DNA of 64,000 nucleotides from Candidatus Binatia bacterium (GTDB lineage Bacteria; Desulfobacterota; Binatia; HRBIN30): NCBI GenBank assembly GCA_026004215.1, contig BPIR01000001.1, positions 1,543,860 to 1,607,859 of the forward strand, read 5' to 3'. Shown piece by piece: positions 1 to 8,587 of this stretch (position 1 is its first letter; each line of letters starts with the position of its first letter). The notes under the pieces were generated by a model. It saw only the letters and a program-made list of their open reading frames with translations, ran no database searches and was not told where the DNA came from. The position numbers and the translations under genes were made by a program.

Positions 1-426
1 TTCGATCCCGACGACGGCGGGGCGCCGGCGCTGAGCACGCAGATCCTGGTCTCCACCTCGACGCGGCAAGCCATCGCGCTCGGCGCGGACGGATCGGTGT
101 ACTGGGCGGAATCGCTGCACCATCGCGTGCGGCGCGTGCGCAACGGGGTGGTGGAGACGGTGGCGGGAGCCTACGCACAGGTGTGCCAGCCGGCCACCGA
201 CCGTTTCAATGCCTGCGGGGACGGCGGAGCGGCGCGGGGGCCGAGCAGGCGGCAGCGAAAAGTCCATGTTCCTGCCGGGCACCGACTGCGCGCCACCCGC
301 CCCACGGATTCGATCGTCCACTCACCGCAGCCCCCACGGGACACCCTCGACGAGAGCTGTGGGACGATGGAAGCGACCCTTCAGAGCTGTGCGCCGGACC
401 TTTGCGAGATCGGCCGCAGTCGTTAG
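1..426 (+). CDS. 3' end of an upstream Rhs/NHL-repeat paralog (partial; its C-terminus diverges after the shared block)
   Basis: Frame 1 is open from base 1 to the stop at 424-426. Bases 1-245 are near-identical (about 6 mismatches) to 3397-3641 inside the downstream Rhs-like gene and encode the same peptide (FDPDDGGAPALSTQILVSTSTRQAIALGADGSVYWAESLHHRVRRVRNG...). After GDGGAARGP the two copies diverge completely. Confidence 0.45.
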   Translation, partial: FDPDDGGAPALSTQILVSTSTRQAIALGADGSVYWAESLHHRVRRVRNGVVETVAGAYAQVCQPATDRFNACGDGGAARGPSRRQRKVHVPAGHRLRATRPTDSIVHSPQPPRDTLDESCGTMEATLQSCAPDLCEIGRSR

Positions 427-1078
427 GCCGCTCTCCTTGGAGTAGCAGTTCACCGATACTTCTTGCGGTACCGCGTGCACAACCTCGCACTGGAGGTACG
501 TTGCGGTCTCGCTCTTCAGCAGCGCGAGGCAGAACGGGCGGCCCGTTTCCAACGACACATTGGCGAGTTCCGGGAAATTGCCGAGTGCCTCCCGCGCGAG
601 TGGTGATCCGCTCCTAGAGCTCTGTCGCCGCTTTGTCCGTGAAGGTGAACGCGATGATGTTTGGCGGCGCGAGGGCGTCCGGGCCGGCCCGCTGCGGGCC
701 GAGACCTCGTGCGGCAAGTAGCCCACGAGGGGCCACGTCGCGCCCCTGGCGCTCGCGCAACCGCCCGATGCCGAGCGAATCGGGCACGCGTCGTGAGCCC
801 CCTTTTCGGAGCGCAAGCGCGGCACCCTATCATCGTTCCGCGATATCGCAGCCAATGGCGCAAGCTGCGGTCCTGCTTGGATCGCTCCGCCAATATCGTT
901 CGCGTCGTCCCCGACCGACCTTGCGCTTCGGCGCAAGCGACACGATCGCCTCGGATCCTGACACGATATTGCCCGAGAACCGCTGCGCTGCCAACATGGG
1001 CTGCCGAAACTGTGTCACAGTTTTGTTTGACTTCACCGGAAAGCTCGGACTAAAGCGCGCCACTAAAGTGCCAGACGA

Positions 1079-3829
1079 ATGACACGGGCTACAGCCGGCT
1101 GCAGCCAGCGCTCGACAGGGCTGTGCATCGTTTTCGTGCTTCTCCTGCCGATCGAGGGTGTGATTCTGAGTTCGCTCACGGCGTCTTCGAGCGCGGAGGA
1201 GCCCCCATGTCCCGCCGTGTCCTCCTGCTTGGCCGGAGTAGAGTTCGCGACGCCTGGCGACGCCGACTGCGACGGAGATGTGTCGAGCCTCGATCTCGAG
1301 CTGCTGATCCGCACGCTTTTCTGCGACGCTTGCCCGGAGTGCCGGGGAAAAGACGCGAACGAGGATGGCACGGTGTCGGCGGCGGATCTCACGGCTTTGG
1401 TGGCTGTCCTAGCTGAGCCAGTGCCGGCACCGACGGCAACACCCACGCCGGCAGTGACGAACCCCGTCCCGTCGGCAACGCCGCGTCCCGAACCCGACAC
1501 CCCAACACCCTCACCCACCGAAGAGCCCACGCCACAAGCGACCAGCTCGCCGGCGGCAAATGACGAGACGGTTGCGACAACGGTGTACGACTCGACGCGT
1601 TTTCTTTACGAGGGTGGAAACCCACAGCAAAAGGGAGTTGCTCCCGGGACGATCGAGCCGGCGCGGGTGGCGCTGGTGCGCGGACGCGTGCTCGACCGGG
1701 CGGGACGGGGATTCCCCGGGGTAACGGTGACGGTGCTGAACTGTCCCGAGTTCGGCCGCACGACGAGCGATGGCGCGGGGAACTACGCGCTGGCGGTCAA
1801 CGGCGGAGGCCAGCTCACGATCGACTTCCGCAAGGACGGCTTCGTCACGGTGCAGCGCCAGCTGCAGCCCGCCTGGCAGGACTGGGCAGTGGTGGACGAC
1901 ATCGTGATGACGCCGCTGGACACCGAGGCCACCCCGATCGATCTCTCCGGCAATACAACGGCGTGGCAGGTGCATCGGTCGAGCATGCAGAGCGATGTGG
2001 ACGGCACCCGGCGCGCCATGCCGCTGTTTCCGCCCGCCGTCACGGGTGAACTGCTCTTTGCGGACGGCAGCACGGCAGCGCTTGCCCGGTGCGCGGTGCG
2101 CGTGACGGAGGTCATCGTGGGGCCGATGGGCGAGGCGGCGATGCCGGCGGAGCTGCCGCCGACGAGCAACTATACCTACGCCGCCTCTGTCGATTGCGAT
2201 GAGGCGCTGGCCGCGAGCACCGAGCACACCGAGTTCAGTCCCTCGCTGCCGCTTTACGTGGAGAACTTCCTCGGCTTTCCGATCGGGATCGAGGTGCCCT
2301 ACGGCGTCTACGACTCCGCACGGGGTGTGTGGGAAGGCGCGCCGAACGGAGTGGTGCTGCGGGTGACGAGCATCACGGGCCAGATGGCCGATCTCGATCT
2401 CGACAGCGGCGATGGTGGCGATGCGCAGGCGGACCCGGAGCTGTACGCAACGTACGGCATCAGCGACGGCGAGCGCGCAACCCTGGCGGGCCTGAGCGCG
2501 CCCGGGATGGAGTACTGGCACGTCCAGGTGCGCCGCTTCTCGAAGGGGGATCTGAACTGGAGCGCGCTCTTGCCGGCGGGAGCTGGGGCAGCGCCGGGCG
2601 GCGGAACGAGCGGGGGCAACCCGGGACGGCGTCTGACGGACAAGGGGCCCAGGCAGTCGGGCTTCGGCACGATCGAGCCCGAGGAGCAGGTCTTTCACGA
2701 GGACATCGGCCTCGTCGGCCTGCCGTTCACCTTGCACTACACCTCGCGGCGCCAGCCGGGCAGGACGGCGGAGTACGAGGTAAGAGTCCCCATCACCGAT
2801 GCGACACCACCGGCGCCTCTGGAGAAGGTCGTCACGGAGCTTCGGGTGGCGGGGCGAGTGATTCAGAACGAGTGGACGAACGCACCGAACCAGACCGTGA
2901 CGCTCTCCTGGGACGGCCTCGACGCTTTCGGGCGGCCGGCGGTCGGGCGGCAGAAGGCGGAGGTGCGCATTGGCTACGTGTACGTGCCGCAGTTCGTGCG
3001 CGGCCTGGCCTTTGCGGTGCCGCGCTCGGAGGTGCTGCGGCAGGGCCGCGGCGGGCAGCGGCTGACGGTGTGGACGACTCAACCGGTGGCGCTCGGTGAG
3101 GTCGGTACCGAGGCGGCGGGACTCGGTGGCTGGACGCCGTCGATCCTGCACACCTACGACCCGGTGGGTCGCACGCTGCATCTGGGCGACGGCACGGTGC
3201 GCAGCGTGGAGGGCACGGTGTTGGCCTCCGAGGAGCTGGTCAGCGGAGGGGACCTGCCGGACCGCATCTTCCAAGTGCTCGCCGATCGCGACGGCTCGGT
3301 GGTGTTTCTCGAGCTCAGCGCCGGGGAATACCGTATCCGCCGCTACCGGCCGGACACCGGCGCGTTCGAGGTGATCGCCGGAGGCGGGACGGATTTCGAT
3401 CCCGACGACGGCGGGGCGCCGGCGCTGAGCACGCAGATCCTGGTCTCCACATCGACGCGGCAAGCCATCGCGCTCGGCGCGGACGGATCGGTGTACTGGG
3501 CGGAATCGCTGCACCATCGCGTGCGGCGCGTGCGCAACGGGGTGATGGAGACGGTGGCGGGAGCCTACGGACAGGTGTGCCAGCCGGCCACCGACCGTTT
3601 CAATGCCTGCGGGGACGGCGGAGCGGCGCGGGGGCCGACGCTGCACCGGCCGGAGGGTGGAACGTTACGCCTGACGTACGACGGGATCATCCCGTTGAGC
3701 GAGACTACCATCGACTACACGTACGACGAGCGCAGCCGACTACGATCCCACGGCCGGTCGCTGGACGGCGAAAGACCCTATCGGCTTCAACGGCTACCAA
3801 CGAAATCTTTACGCCTACGCGTACAATGA
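1079..3829 (+). CDS. Secreted Rhs/teneurin-like protein with dockerin-like repeat, PT linker, CarboxypepD_reg/TTR-like domain, NHL-like region and YD repeats; a frameshift near 3740 (conserved Rhs core-end motif continues in the +1 frame to 3890)
   Basis: 916-aa ORF with an N-terminal hydrophobic signal. It has a dockerin-type Ca-binding motif (DADCDGDVSSLDLELLIRTLF...NEDGTVSAADLTALVAVL) and a PT-rich linker. The C-terminus carries YD repeats (IDYTYDERSRL). The +1 frame from about 3738 reads YDPTAGRWTAKDPIGFNGYQRNLYAYAYNDPVN, the hallmark Rhs core terminus, with a stop at 3888-3890. Confidence 0.7.
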   Translation: MTRATAGCSQRSTGLCIVFVLLLPIEGVILSSLTASSSAEEPPCPAVSSCLAGVEFATPGDADCDGDVSSLDLELLIRTLFCDACPECRGKDANEDGTVSAADLTALVAVLAEPVPAPTATPTPAVTNPVPSATPRPEPDTPTPSPTEEPTPQATSSPAANDETVATTVYDSTRFLYEGGNPQQKGVAPGTIEPARVALVRGRVLDRAGRGFPGVTVTVLNCPEFGRTTSDGAGNYALAVNGGGQLTIDFRKDGFVTVQRQLQPAWQDWAVVDDIVMTPLDTEATPIDLSGNTTAWQVHRSSMQSDVDGTRRAMPLFPPAVTGELLFADGSTAALARCAVRVTEVIVGPMGEAAMPAELPPTSNYTYAASVDCDEALAASTEHTEFSPSLPLYVENFLGFPIGIEVPYGVYDSARGVWEGAPNGVVLRVTSITGQMADLDLDSGDGGDAQADPELYATYGISDGERATLAGLSAPGMEYWHVQVRRFSKGDLNWSALLPAGAGAAPGGGTSGGNPGRRLTDKGPRQSGFGTIEPEEQVFHEDIGLVGLPFTLHYTSRRQPGRTAEYEVRVPITDATPPAPLEKVVTELRVAGRVIQNEWTNAPNQTVTLSWDGLDAFGRPAVGRQKAEVRIGYVYVPQFVRGLAFAVPRSEVLRQGRGGQRLTVWTTQPVALGEVGTEAAGLGGWTPSILHTYDPVGRTLHLGDGTVRSVEGTVLASEELVSGGDLPDRIFQVLADRDGSVVFLELSAGEYRIRRYRPDTGAFEVIAGGGTDFDPDDGGAPALSTQILVSTSTRQAIALGADGSVYWAESLHHRVRRVRNGVMETVAGAYGQVCQPATDRFNACGDGGAARGPTLHRPEGGTLRLTYDGIIPLSETTIDYTYDERSRLRSHGRSLDGERPYRLQRLPTKSLRLRVQ

Positions 3830-3886
3830 TCCCGTGAATACGTTATGTGTTATGGGAGCTCAACCACCAACCAAAGGAATTCAACA

Positions 3887-4480
3887 ATGAGGAGACGATC
3901 CATCCTTGTACTTACATTTACCTTGCTTTCGGTGCCTGCTTCGCTTGCCCAAACCATCAACGTAACCACTGCAGACGGCGGATCTGTTGTCACCGAACTC
4001 GGCTACGGTACAGGTATAAAGGTCAACAAGAATTCTTCTCTACGACGGTCATTTGTAACCTTCAATGATCCAGCCTGCCCCGTTCAACTAAACTCATCCG
4101 GTGTCACAACCCAGTATGACGGGTTGAATCGGAGCTATTACTACAGGCCGCTTGGAACGCTTACAAGTAATGAACCTGTCTCAGCAATCGATGTGCGATT
4201 TCTGCTTTACGACGTCTTCGGTGACCATATCAGAACTCTCGGTGCGACGTATGTCGGCGACATTGCAACAAACGATGCCTTTCAACTCGGGGATATCGGG
4301 AGTTGGAGAGCTTGGGAAAACGAAGTTCGTGAACTTTACACGATAGTTTCTTTCGTCGCTCGCGTCAGAACACAATCCGGCAAGATTTGGCGTTACAATG
4401 AAAAAGTCATTGGTGAGGAGTTGAACAAAGTTCGGCTCAAGGTAAGCTCTGGCGTTCTCGAACCCAGCAAAGAGAAATAA
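3887..4480 (+). CDS. Low-GC secreted hypothetical protein directly downstream of the Rhs core end (candidate immunity or accessory protein)
   Basis: ATG at 3887 overlaps the +1-frame Rhs stop (ATGA). Signal peptide MRRRSILVLTFTLLSVPASLA-QT. GC content drops sharply against the flanks. No recognisable domain. Confidence 0.5.
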   Translation: MRRRSILVLTFTLLSVPASLAQTINVTTADGGSVVTELGYGTGIKVNKNSSLRRSFVTFNDPACPVQLNSSGVTTQYDGLNRSYYYRPLGTLTSNEPVSAIDVRFLLYDVFGDHIRTLGATYVGDIATNDAFQLGDIGSWRAWENEVRELYTIVSFVARVRTQSGKIWRYNEKVIGEELNKVRLKVSSGVLEPSKEK

Positions 4481-4505
4481 GCAAGCACTTCCGCGGGAGA
4501 ATTTT

Positions 4506-4664
4506 ATGCGCATCTTATTTTTGTTTCCTGTTGCACTTCTTTTCGTCGGTTGCTCAAATGATTGGAGGGCAAAAGTTGAATGTGACACAAGCTGGAGTGG
4601 CGGTTTCAGTGGAAGAACGGTCGATGGTTCTTCATCGGGCTCATTTTTGGAGCATTCGGTTTAA
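4506..4664 (+). CDS. Mini lipoprotein (52 aa), low-GC
   Basis: MRILFLFPVALLFVGCSND has a lipobox (LFVGC). It lies in the same low-GC island and is not in the ORF track (under 60 aa). A short ORF, so weak support. Confidence 0.25.
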   Translation: MRILFLFPVALLFVGCSNDWRAKVECDTSWSGGFSGRTVDGSSSGSFLEHSV

Positions 4665-4747
4665 TTGCAGTGCTCGTAATGGAGAGTCCAACTGAAGACG
4701 ATGTAGACTTAGTCTAGCAACGTTCCGCTCACACTGTCACAAGTCCT

Positions 4748-4830
4748 GTGACCAAGAAGTGTCCGGATTGCGCCGAAGAAATAAAATTCGAAGCAAAGGT
4801 TTGTGGGATAGGCATTCGAATCACCTTGGA
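4748..4830 (+). pseudogene. 5' stub of a zinc-ribbon protein gene (MTKKCPDCAEEIKFEAKVCGI...) truncated at a 24-bp repeat
   Basis: A CPxC...x9...VC zinc-ribbon start is followed by composition-biased read-through. The break coincides with repeat copy 1 at 4807-4830. Confidence 0.25.
4807..4830. repeat. 24-bp direct repeat copy 1 (GATAGGCATTCGAATCACCTTGGA)
   Basis: Matches 5438-5461 in 23 of 24 positions, same orientation, 631 bp apart. The pair brackets the transposase remnant. Confidence 0.8.
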
Positions 4831-5138
4831 GCCCACGTCCCCCTCGACGACAGGGCTTGGCAAGGACAGAACGCGCCACTTTCTAGCACCGGCGTTCCGG
4901 GTGTCCGCGCCAGTCTCGTTGGAAGGAAGACGGAGCGGGAGGATGACCGCAAGGATCCGGGCCTGGAGTATGGAGATCCGTCCCAGCTGGTGGAGAAGGG
5001 ATACACGTTCCCCCTGTCGGCGATCGGCGATGCCGGGACAATCCTTGCACCAGCCGTGGCGCTGATCGAAGTCAATCTCGGGGATGGGCTCGGCACCGAT
5101 CTCCCACCCCGGACGTTGATCGACATCGGCGAAGAAGC

Positions 5139-5321
5139 CGGGGGTGCGCGTGCCGCGGCGATGGGCTGCGGTAGCGTCGGCTCACCAAGGTGGGCGAGGA
5201 TCCCCTCGATCGAGGAGCGCTCGGTCTCGGTGAGGAAGGCAATCAGCCGCATCTCGCCTGTACAGTTGGGACAGACGAGCGGGAAGACCTCGTAGATGCG
5301 TGGCAGCAGTGCTGCCCCCAT
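5139..5321 (-). pseudogene. Transposase C-terminal remnant (Zn-ribbon tail, possibly IS91-like)
   Basis: Minus-frame peptide ...LLPRIYEVFPLVCPNCTGEMRLIAFLTETERSSIEGILAHLGEPTLPQPIAAARAPP resembles the conserved CPxCGGxMRIIAFI...ILxHLG...PP...APARxPP tail of a transposase family; I am not sure of the family. The rest of the 203-aa ORF is R/P/S-rich junk, so only the tail survives. Confidence 0.4.
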
Positions 5322-5437
5322 GCGCACGGCCGCGGAGCGAGCAGGAGCGGTGGCCGATTCCTCCTCTCGGTTGTCGGGCGGTGGTGGAATCGCGATCACG
5401 CTCTCTAGGGGCTGATTGGCACGTGCAGTCACCGGGC

Positions 5438-5461
5438 GATAGGCATTCCAATCACCTTGGA
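5438..5461. repeat. 24-bp direct repeat copy 2 (GATAGGCATTCCAATCACCTTGGA)
   Basis: See copy 1. The orphan Rhs fragment starts immediately after this copy. Confidence 0.8.
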
Positions 5462-5991
5462 TCTTCAGCCTCGCCTACCACCCGACCAGCGGTTACCTCC
5501 AGACGGTCAGCGCCCCGGCCGGGGGCGGCACGCTCACCTACGCCACCGATGGGCCGCTGCCGGCGAGTGAGACCTGGACCGGCCTCGTCGCCGGCCCCAT
5601 CTCTGACACTTACGATGCCGACTACCGGCTCGCCACGCGCTCGGTCAACGAGGCAAGCGCGGTCTCGTTTGCCTATGACGCGGACTCGCTTCTCACCGGT
5701 ATCTCCGGCGCTCTTTCCGCCATGATCGCGCGCGAGGCGGCGACGGGGCGGGTCTCCCGGCTCGAGCAGGGCGACGTGTGCGAGACCGTGAGCCTGATCT
5801 CGGCCCCGGCGACCGTGCTCTACGACGTGGCCTACACCCGCGACGAGCTCGGCCGGCTGGCGATGCCGAGGGAGACGGTCGACAGCGCGGCGCGAGGTCG
5901 GGCTCGGGGAAGTTCGTGGATGGGAAAGCAGCCCGGTACCGCGCCATATCCCTCCCGCCGACTGATCTCGTTTACGCACTTGTTCAGGTGA
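5461..5991 (+). pseudogene. Orphan Rhs YD-repeat fragment
   Basis: Frame-1 translation SLAYHPTSGYLQTVSAPAGGGTLTYATDGPLPASETWTG...SFAYDADSLLTGISGA...YDVAYTRDELGRLAMPRE shows typical Rhs YD repeats. It has no N-terminus or core end and begins right after repeat copy 2. Confidence 0.55.
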
Positions 5992-6259
5992 GCTGCCTTC
6001 CCGTGAACTCCGCATCGACACCACGCCACGGAATATTGAGATACACGACCGCGGCACTGTATGGCCTTGCCCCGCGATGGGTGCGACCCTCGACCGGCAT
6101 GAGGCAGCCTTTCCCTCGGAAGGGAGAGCTGTCGTGTCTATTCGTGGAGCGAACATAACAGGATACCCAAGTTCCCCAGGAAGCAAATTCGGGCGGTTAC
6201 CGTTCGCAACACCGGTATGCTTGTCACAGCGTCGCGAGGGCCAGTACAACCCGAGAACA

Positions 6260-7006
6260 ATGACCGCCGATCTCGGTTTCGCGGGAATTGCGCTCCTCGT
6301 CGGAACGGGGCTCGTGGCCGGCATCGTAAATACGCTCGCCGGTGCAGGCTCTCTGCTGACAGTGCCTGCACTGGTACTGCTCGGCGTACCCGCAGATGTG
6401 GCCAACGGCACCAATCGTGTGGGGGTGCTGGCGCACAACATCGTAGCGAGTTGGCGTTTTCATGCGGAAGGGGTCACCGCACTTCGCCATGCGACGGCGC
6501 TTGCACTCCCGATAGTCGCCGGTTCGATCCTGGGAGCGTATGTGATCTCTCTATTTCCCGGTGCCGTATTCCAGCGGCTCTTCGCCGTCGTGATGCTGAT
6601 CCTTGTGGTCCCGATTGTCGTGCGGGTCCAGCCACGTTCGCCATCTTCTCCGTGGCCTCGGTGGCTCACGGCCACGGTGTTTTTTCTCGTCGGCAGTTTC
6701 GGCGGTGCCTTCCAGGCCGGCGTGGGATTGCTGCTCATTGCCGCGCTCGCCCATGCCGGGCACGATCTCTTGCGCGCTAACAGTGTGAAGGTGCTCCTGA
6801 ATGCCGTGCAGACTGCCGGAGCACTCGCGATTTTCGTTGTGCGCGGTCAAGTGTGGTGGATTCCGGGAATGATCCTTGCCACCGGGTACTCTGCGGGGGC
6901 CATTGTCGGGGTACGGCTCGCAGTGCTCGGGGGAGAGTGGCTTATCCGCTGGGTCCTGGCGGCGACGGTGGTAGCGCTGGCCGTGCGCCTACTCGGCCAG
7001 TGGTGA
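6260..7006 (+). CDS. TauE/SafE (TSUP, DUF81) family membrane exporter
   Basis: Polytopic membrane protein with two half-repeats (GAGSLLTVPALVLLGVP...; GGAFQAGVGLLLIAALA). The upstream part of the 309-aa ORF looks non-coding, so start chosen at MTADLGFAG. Confidence 0.75.
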   Translation: MTADLGFAGIALLVGTGLVAGIVNTLAGAGSLLTVPALVLLGVPADVANGTNRVGVLAHNIVASWRFHAEGVTALRHATALALPIVAGSILGAYVISLFPGAVFQRLFAVVMLILVVPIVVRVQPRSPSSPWPRWLTATVFFLVGSFGGAFQAGVGLLLIAALAHAGHDLLRANSVKVLLNAVQTAGALAIFVVRGQVWWIPGMILATGYSAGAIVGVRLAVLGGEWLIRWVLAATVVALAVRLLGQW

Positions 7007-7024
7007 CAGGATACCCGCGGCTCG

Positions 7025-7732
7025 CTAGCGCAGCAGCCACGCGAGCAGGGTGTTGCCAGCCCGGCGCCAGTCGGAAAACAGCGTGGCTACGGAGTAACTC
7101 GCGACAAAACCCAGTGCGTAAAACCATGCCGGCCGCACCGATCCCCAATGCACAAGCCTCTGCGCGAGCACCAGCAACCGCCGCTCGCGTTGCGCGAACC
7201 AGGCAACACACCACCCAATCAAAGCCCCGCCCAGGATGTCGGTCGGATAGTGCAGGCCAAGGTAGACCCGCGGTAGCGACACCACCACGATCGCGTGCAG
7301 CAACGCCACCCAGCCCAAACGGCGGTGCACGTACCACAAACCCAGCGCTAGGGCGAAAAAGAGCGTGGCGTGGTCACTGGGAAACGCGCTCCACTCCGCC
7401 CAACCGGGTGAAAGTTCGGGATCGAGCCCCACGAGAATTCGCGGACGAGGCCGGTACGGCAATACCAACGCGGCCACTGCGGCAATCGTGAGCCCCGTCA
7501 TGGCCCCGGCCAGCGCGAGGAGAAGTCGCGCACGCTGGCTCTCTTGAACTTTGTCGGCCCCCTTGCCCTGGGCTTTGTCCAAGCGGAACCACGCCCACCA
7601 ATAGAGCGCAATCACAAATCCACCCTTGGCGATTTCCCAGCTCACCAAAAAGGCGACAAAGCCATCGAACCACGGCCAGACGTTGGCGTAGGTGGTGGCC
7701 CAGCGTAAAAGCGTGAAGTCGAAGCGATTCAA
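7025..7732 (-). CDS. PAP2-family phosphatase (membrane)
   Basis: PAP2 signature motifs RPRP..., PSDHA and SLPRVYLGLHYPTDILGG, with multiple TM segments. Confidence 0.75.
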   Translation of the reverse strand: MNRFDFTLLRWATTYANVWPWFDGFVAFLVSWEIAKGGFVIALYWWAWFRLDKAQGKGADKVQESQRARLLLALAGAMTGLTIAAVAALVLPYRPRPRILVGLDPELSPGWAEWSAFPSDHATLFFALALGLWYVHRRLGWVALLHAIVVVSLPRVYLGLHYPTDILGGALIGWCVAWFAQRERRLLVLAQRLVHWGSVRPAWFYALGFVASYSVATLFSDWRRAGNTLLAWLLR

Positions 7733-7741
7733 CCGGTTCGG

Positions 7742-8587
7742 CTACTCCCGAAAACGCGCCAGCCCCTGCGAGAGCACCACGTTCCCGCGCTGCGTTTCGC
7801 ACTGCACGATGGCCTCTCCGGGAGCCACACGCCACATCTTGGTGACAATCGTATCGCCAAAATACACTTGATCGGCAAAGCGAGCCTCGAAGTGCAAAAA
7901 CCGGGCAGGGTCGCCACCGCAAAGCGCACGCAAAATCGCCCGGCCCGCGAAGCCGTAGGTGCACAGCCCGTGCATGAACGGCTTCTCGAAACCCGCCATG
8001 CGCGCGAAATCCGGGTCGATGTGGATCGGATTCCGATCACCGGAAAGCCGGTAAATCGCTCCCTGTTCCGGGCGAGTGACAAGCTCCACCACTGCATCCG
8101 GCGCGCGTTCCGGTGGGCGGTTTCGGTCTTGCGTCGAAGGCCCTCGCTCACCCCCAAATCCGCCCGCTCCGCGAATGAAGAGAGTGGCCTTAGTGGTGCA
8201 AAGCAACCCATGGCCATCTTCCACAATGCCCTCGCACCCAATTACCGCTGCTTTGCCCTTGTCCCACACCTCGGCCACCCGGCCGGTGACCGTGACCTCT
8301 GCTTCCGGAGGAAGCTCGCGATGCAGGGTAATGGACTGCTCCCCGTGCAACAGCATGGCAAGGTTGATGTCCACGTGGGACACTAAACCGCCCATGGAAA
8401 ACATCCCCGGGATGACCGCATATGTAGGCAACACCTTGGGTCCCTTGCCCTCGTACACGAACTCCAGCTCACCCTCGGGCTGCGCACCTACCCCGACCGC
8501 ATAGAGCATGACGTCTTTGGAGTCCCACCGGAACTTCACCGGCGGAAAGGTTCTACCCACCAACGCACCGGAAATTGGCTCGCCCAT
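7742..8587 (-). CDS. MaoC-like (R)-specific enoyl-CoA hydratase/dehydratase, double hot-dog
   Basis: N-terminal hot-dog (RWDSKDVMLYAVGVGA) and C-terminal MaoC motif (YRLSGDRNPIHIDPDFA). Start chosen at MGEPISG. Confidence 0.8.
   Translation of the reverse strand: MGEPISGALVGRTFPPVKFRWDSKDVMLYAVGVGAQPEGELEFVYEGKGPKVLPTYAVIPGMFSMGGLVSHVDINLAMLLHGEQSITLHRELPPEAEVTVTGRVAEVWDKGKAAVIGCEGIVEDGHGLLCTTKATLFIRGAGGFGGERGPSTQDRNRPPERAPDAVVELVTRPEQGAIYRLSGDRNPIHIDPDFARMAGFEKPFMHGLCTYGFAGRAILRALCGGDPARFLHFEARFADQVYFGDTIVTKMWRVAPGEAIVQCETQRGNVVLSQGLARFRE

Noticed and set aside
430-620. Possible small minus-strand gene just after the first Rhs paralog stop (the C-terminal part of ORF 322-936)
   Set aside because: Only about 60 residues look protein-like (...FCLALLKSETATYLQCEVVHAVPQEV...). 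There is no start, signal peptide or homology. It could be an immunity gene but is unsupported.
1511-3646. 711-aa ORF antisense to the Rhs-like gene
   Set aside because: Arg/Pro/His-rich, composition-driven translation of the GC-rich opposite strand. The sense strand has clear dockerin, YD and NHL homology.
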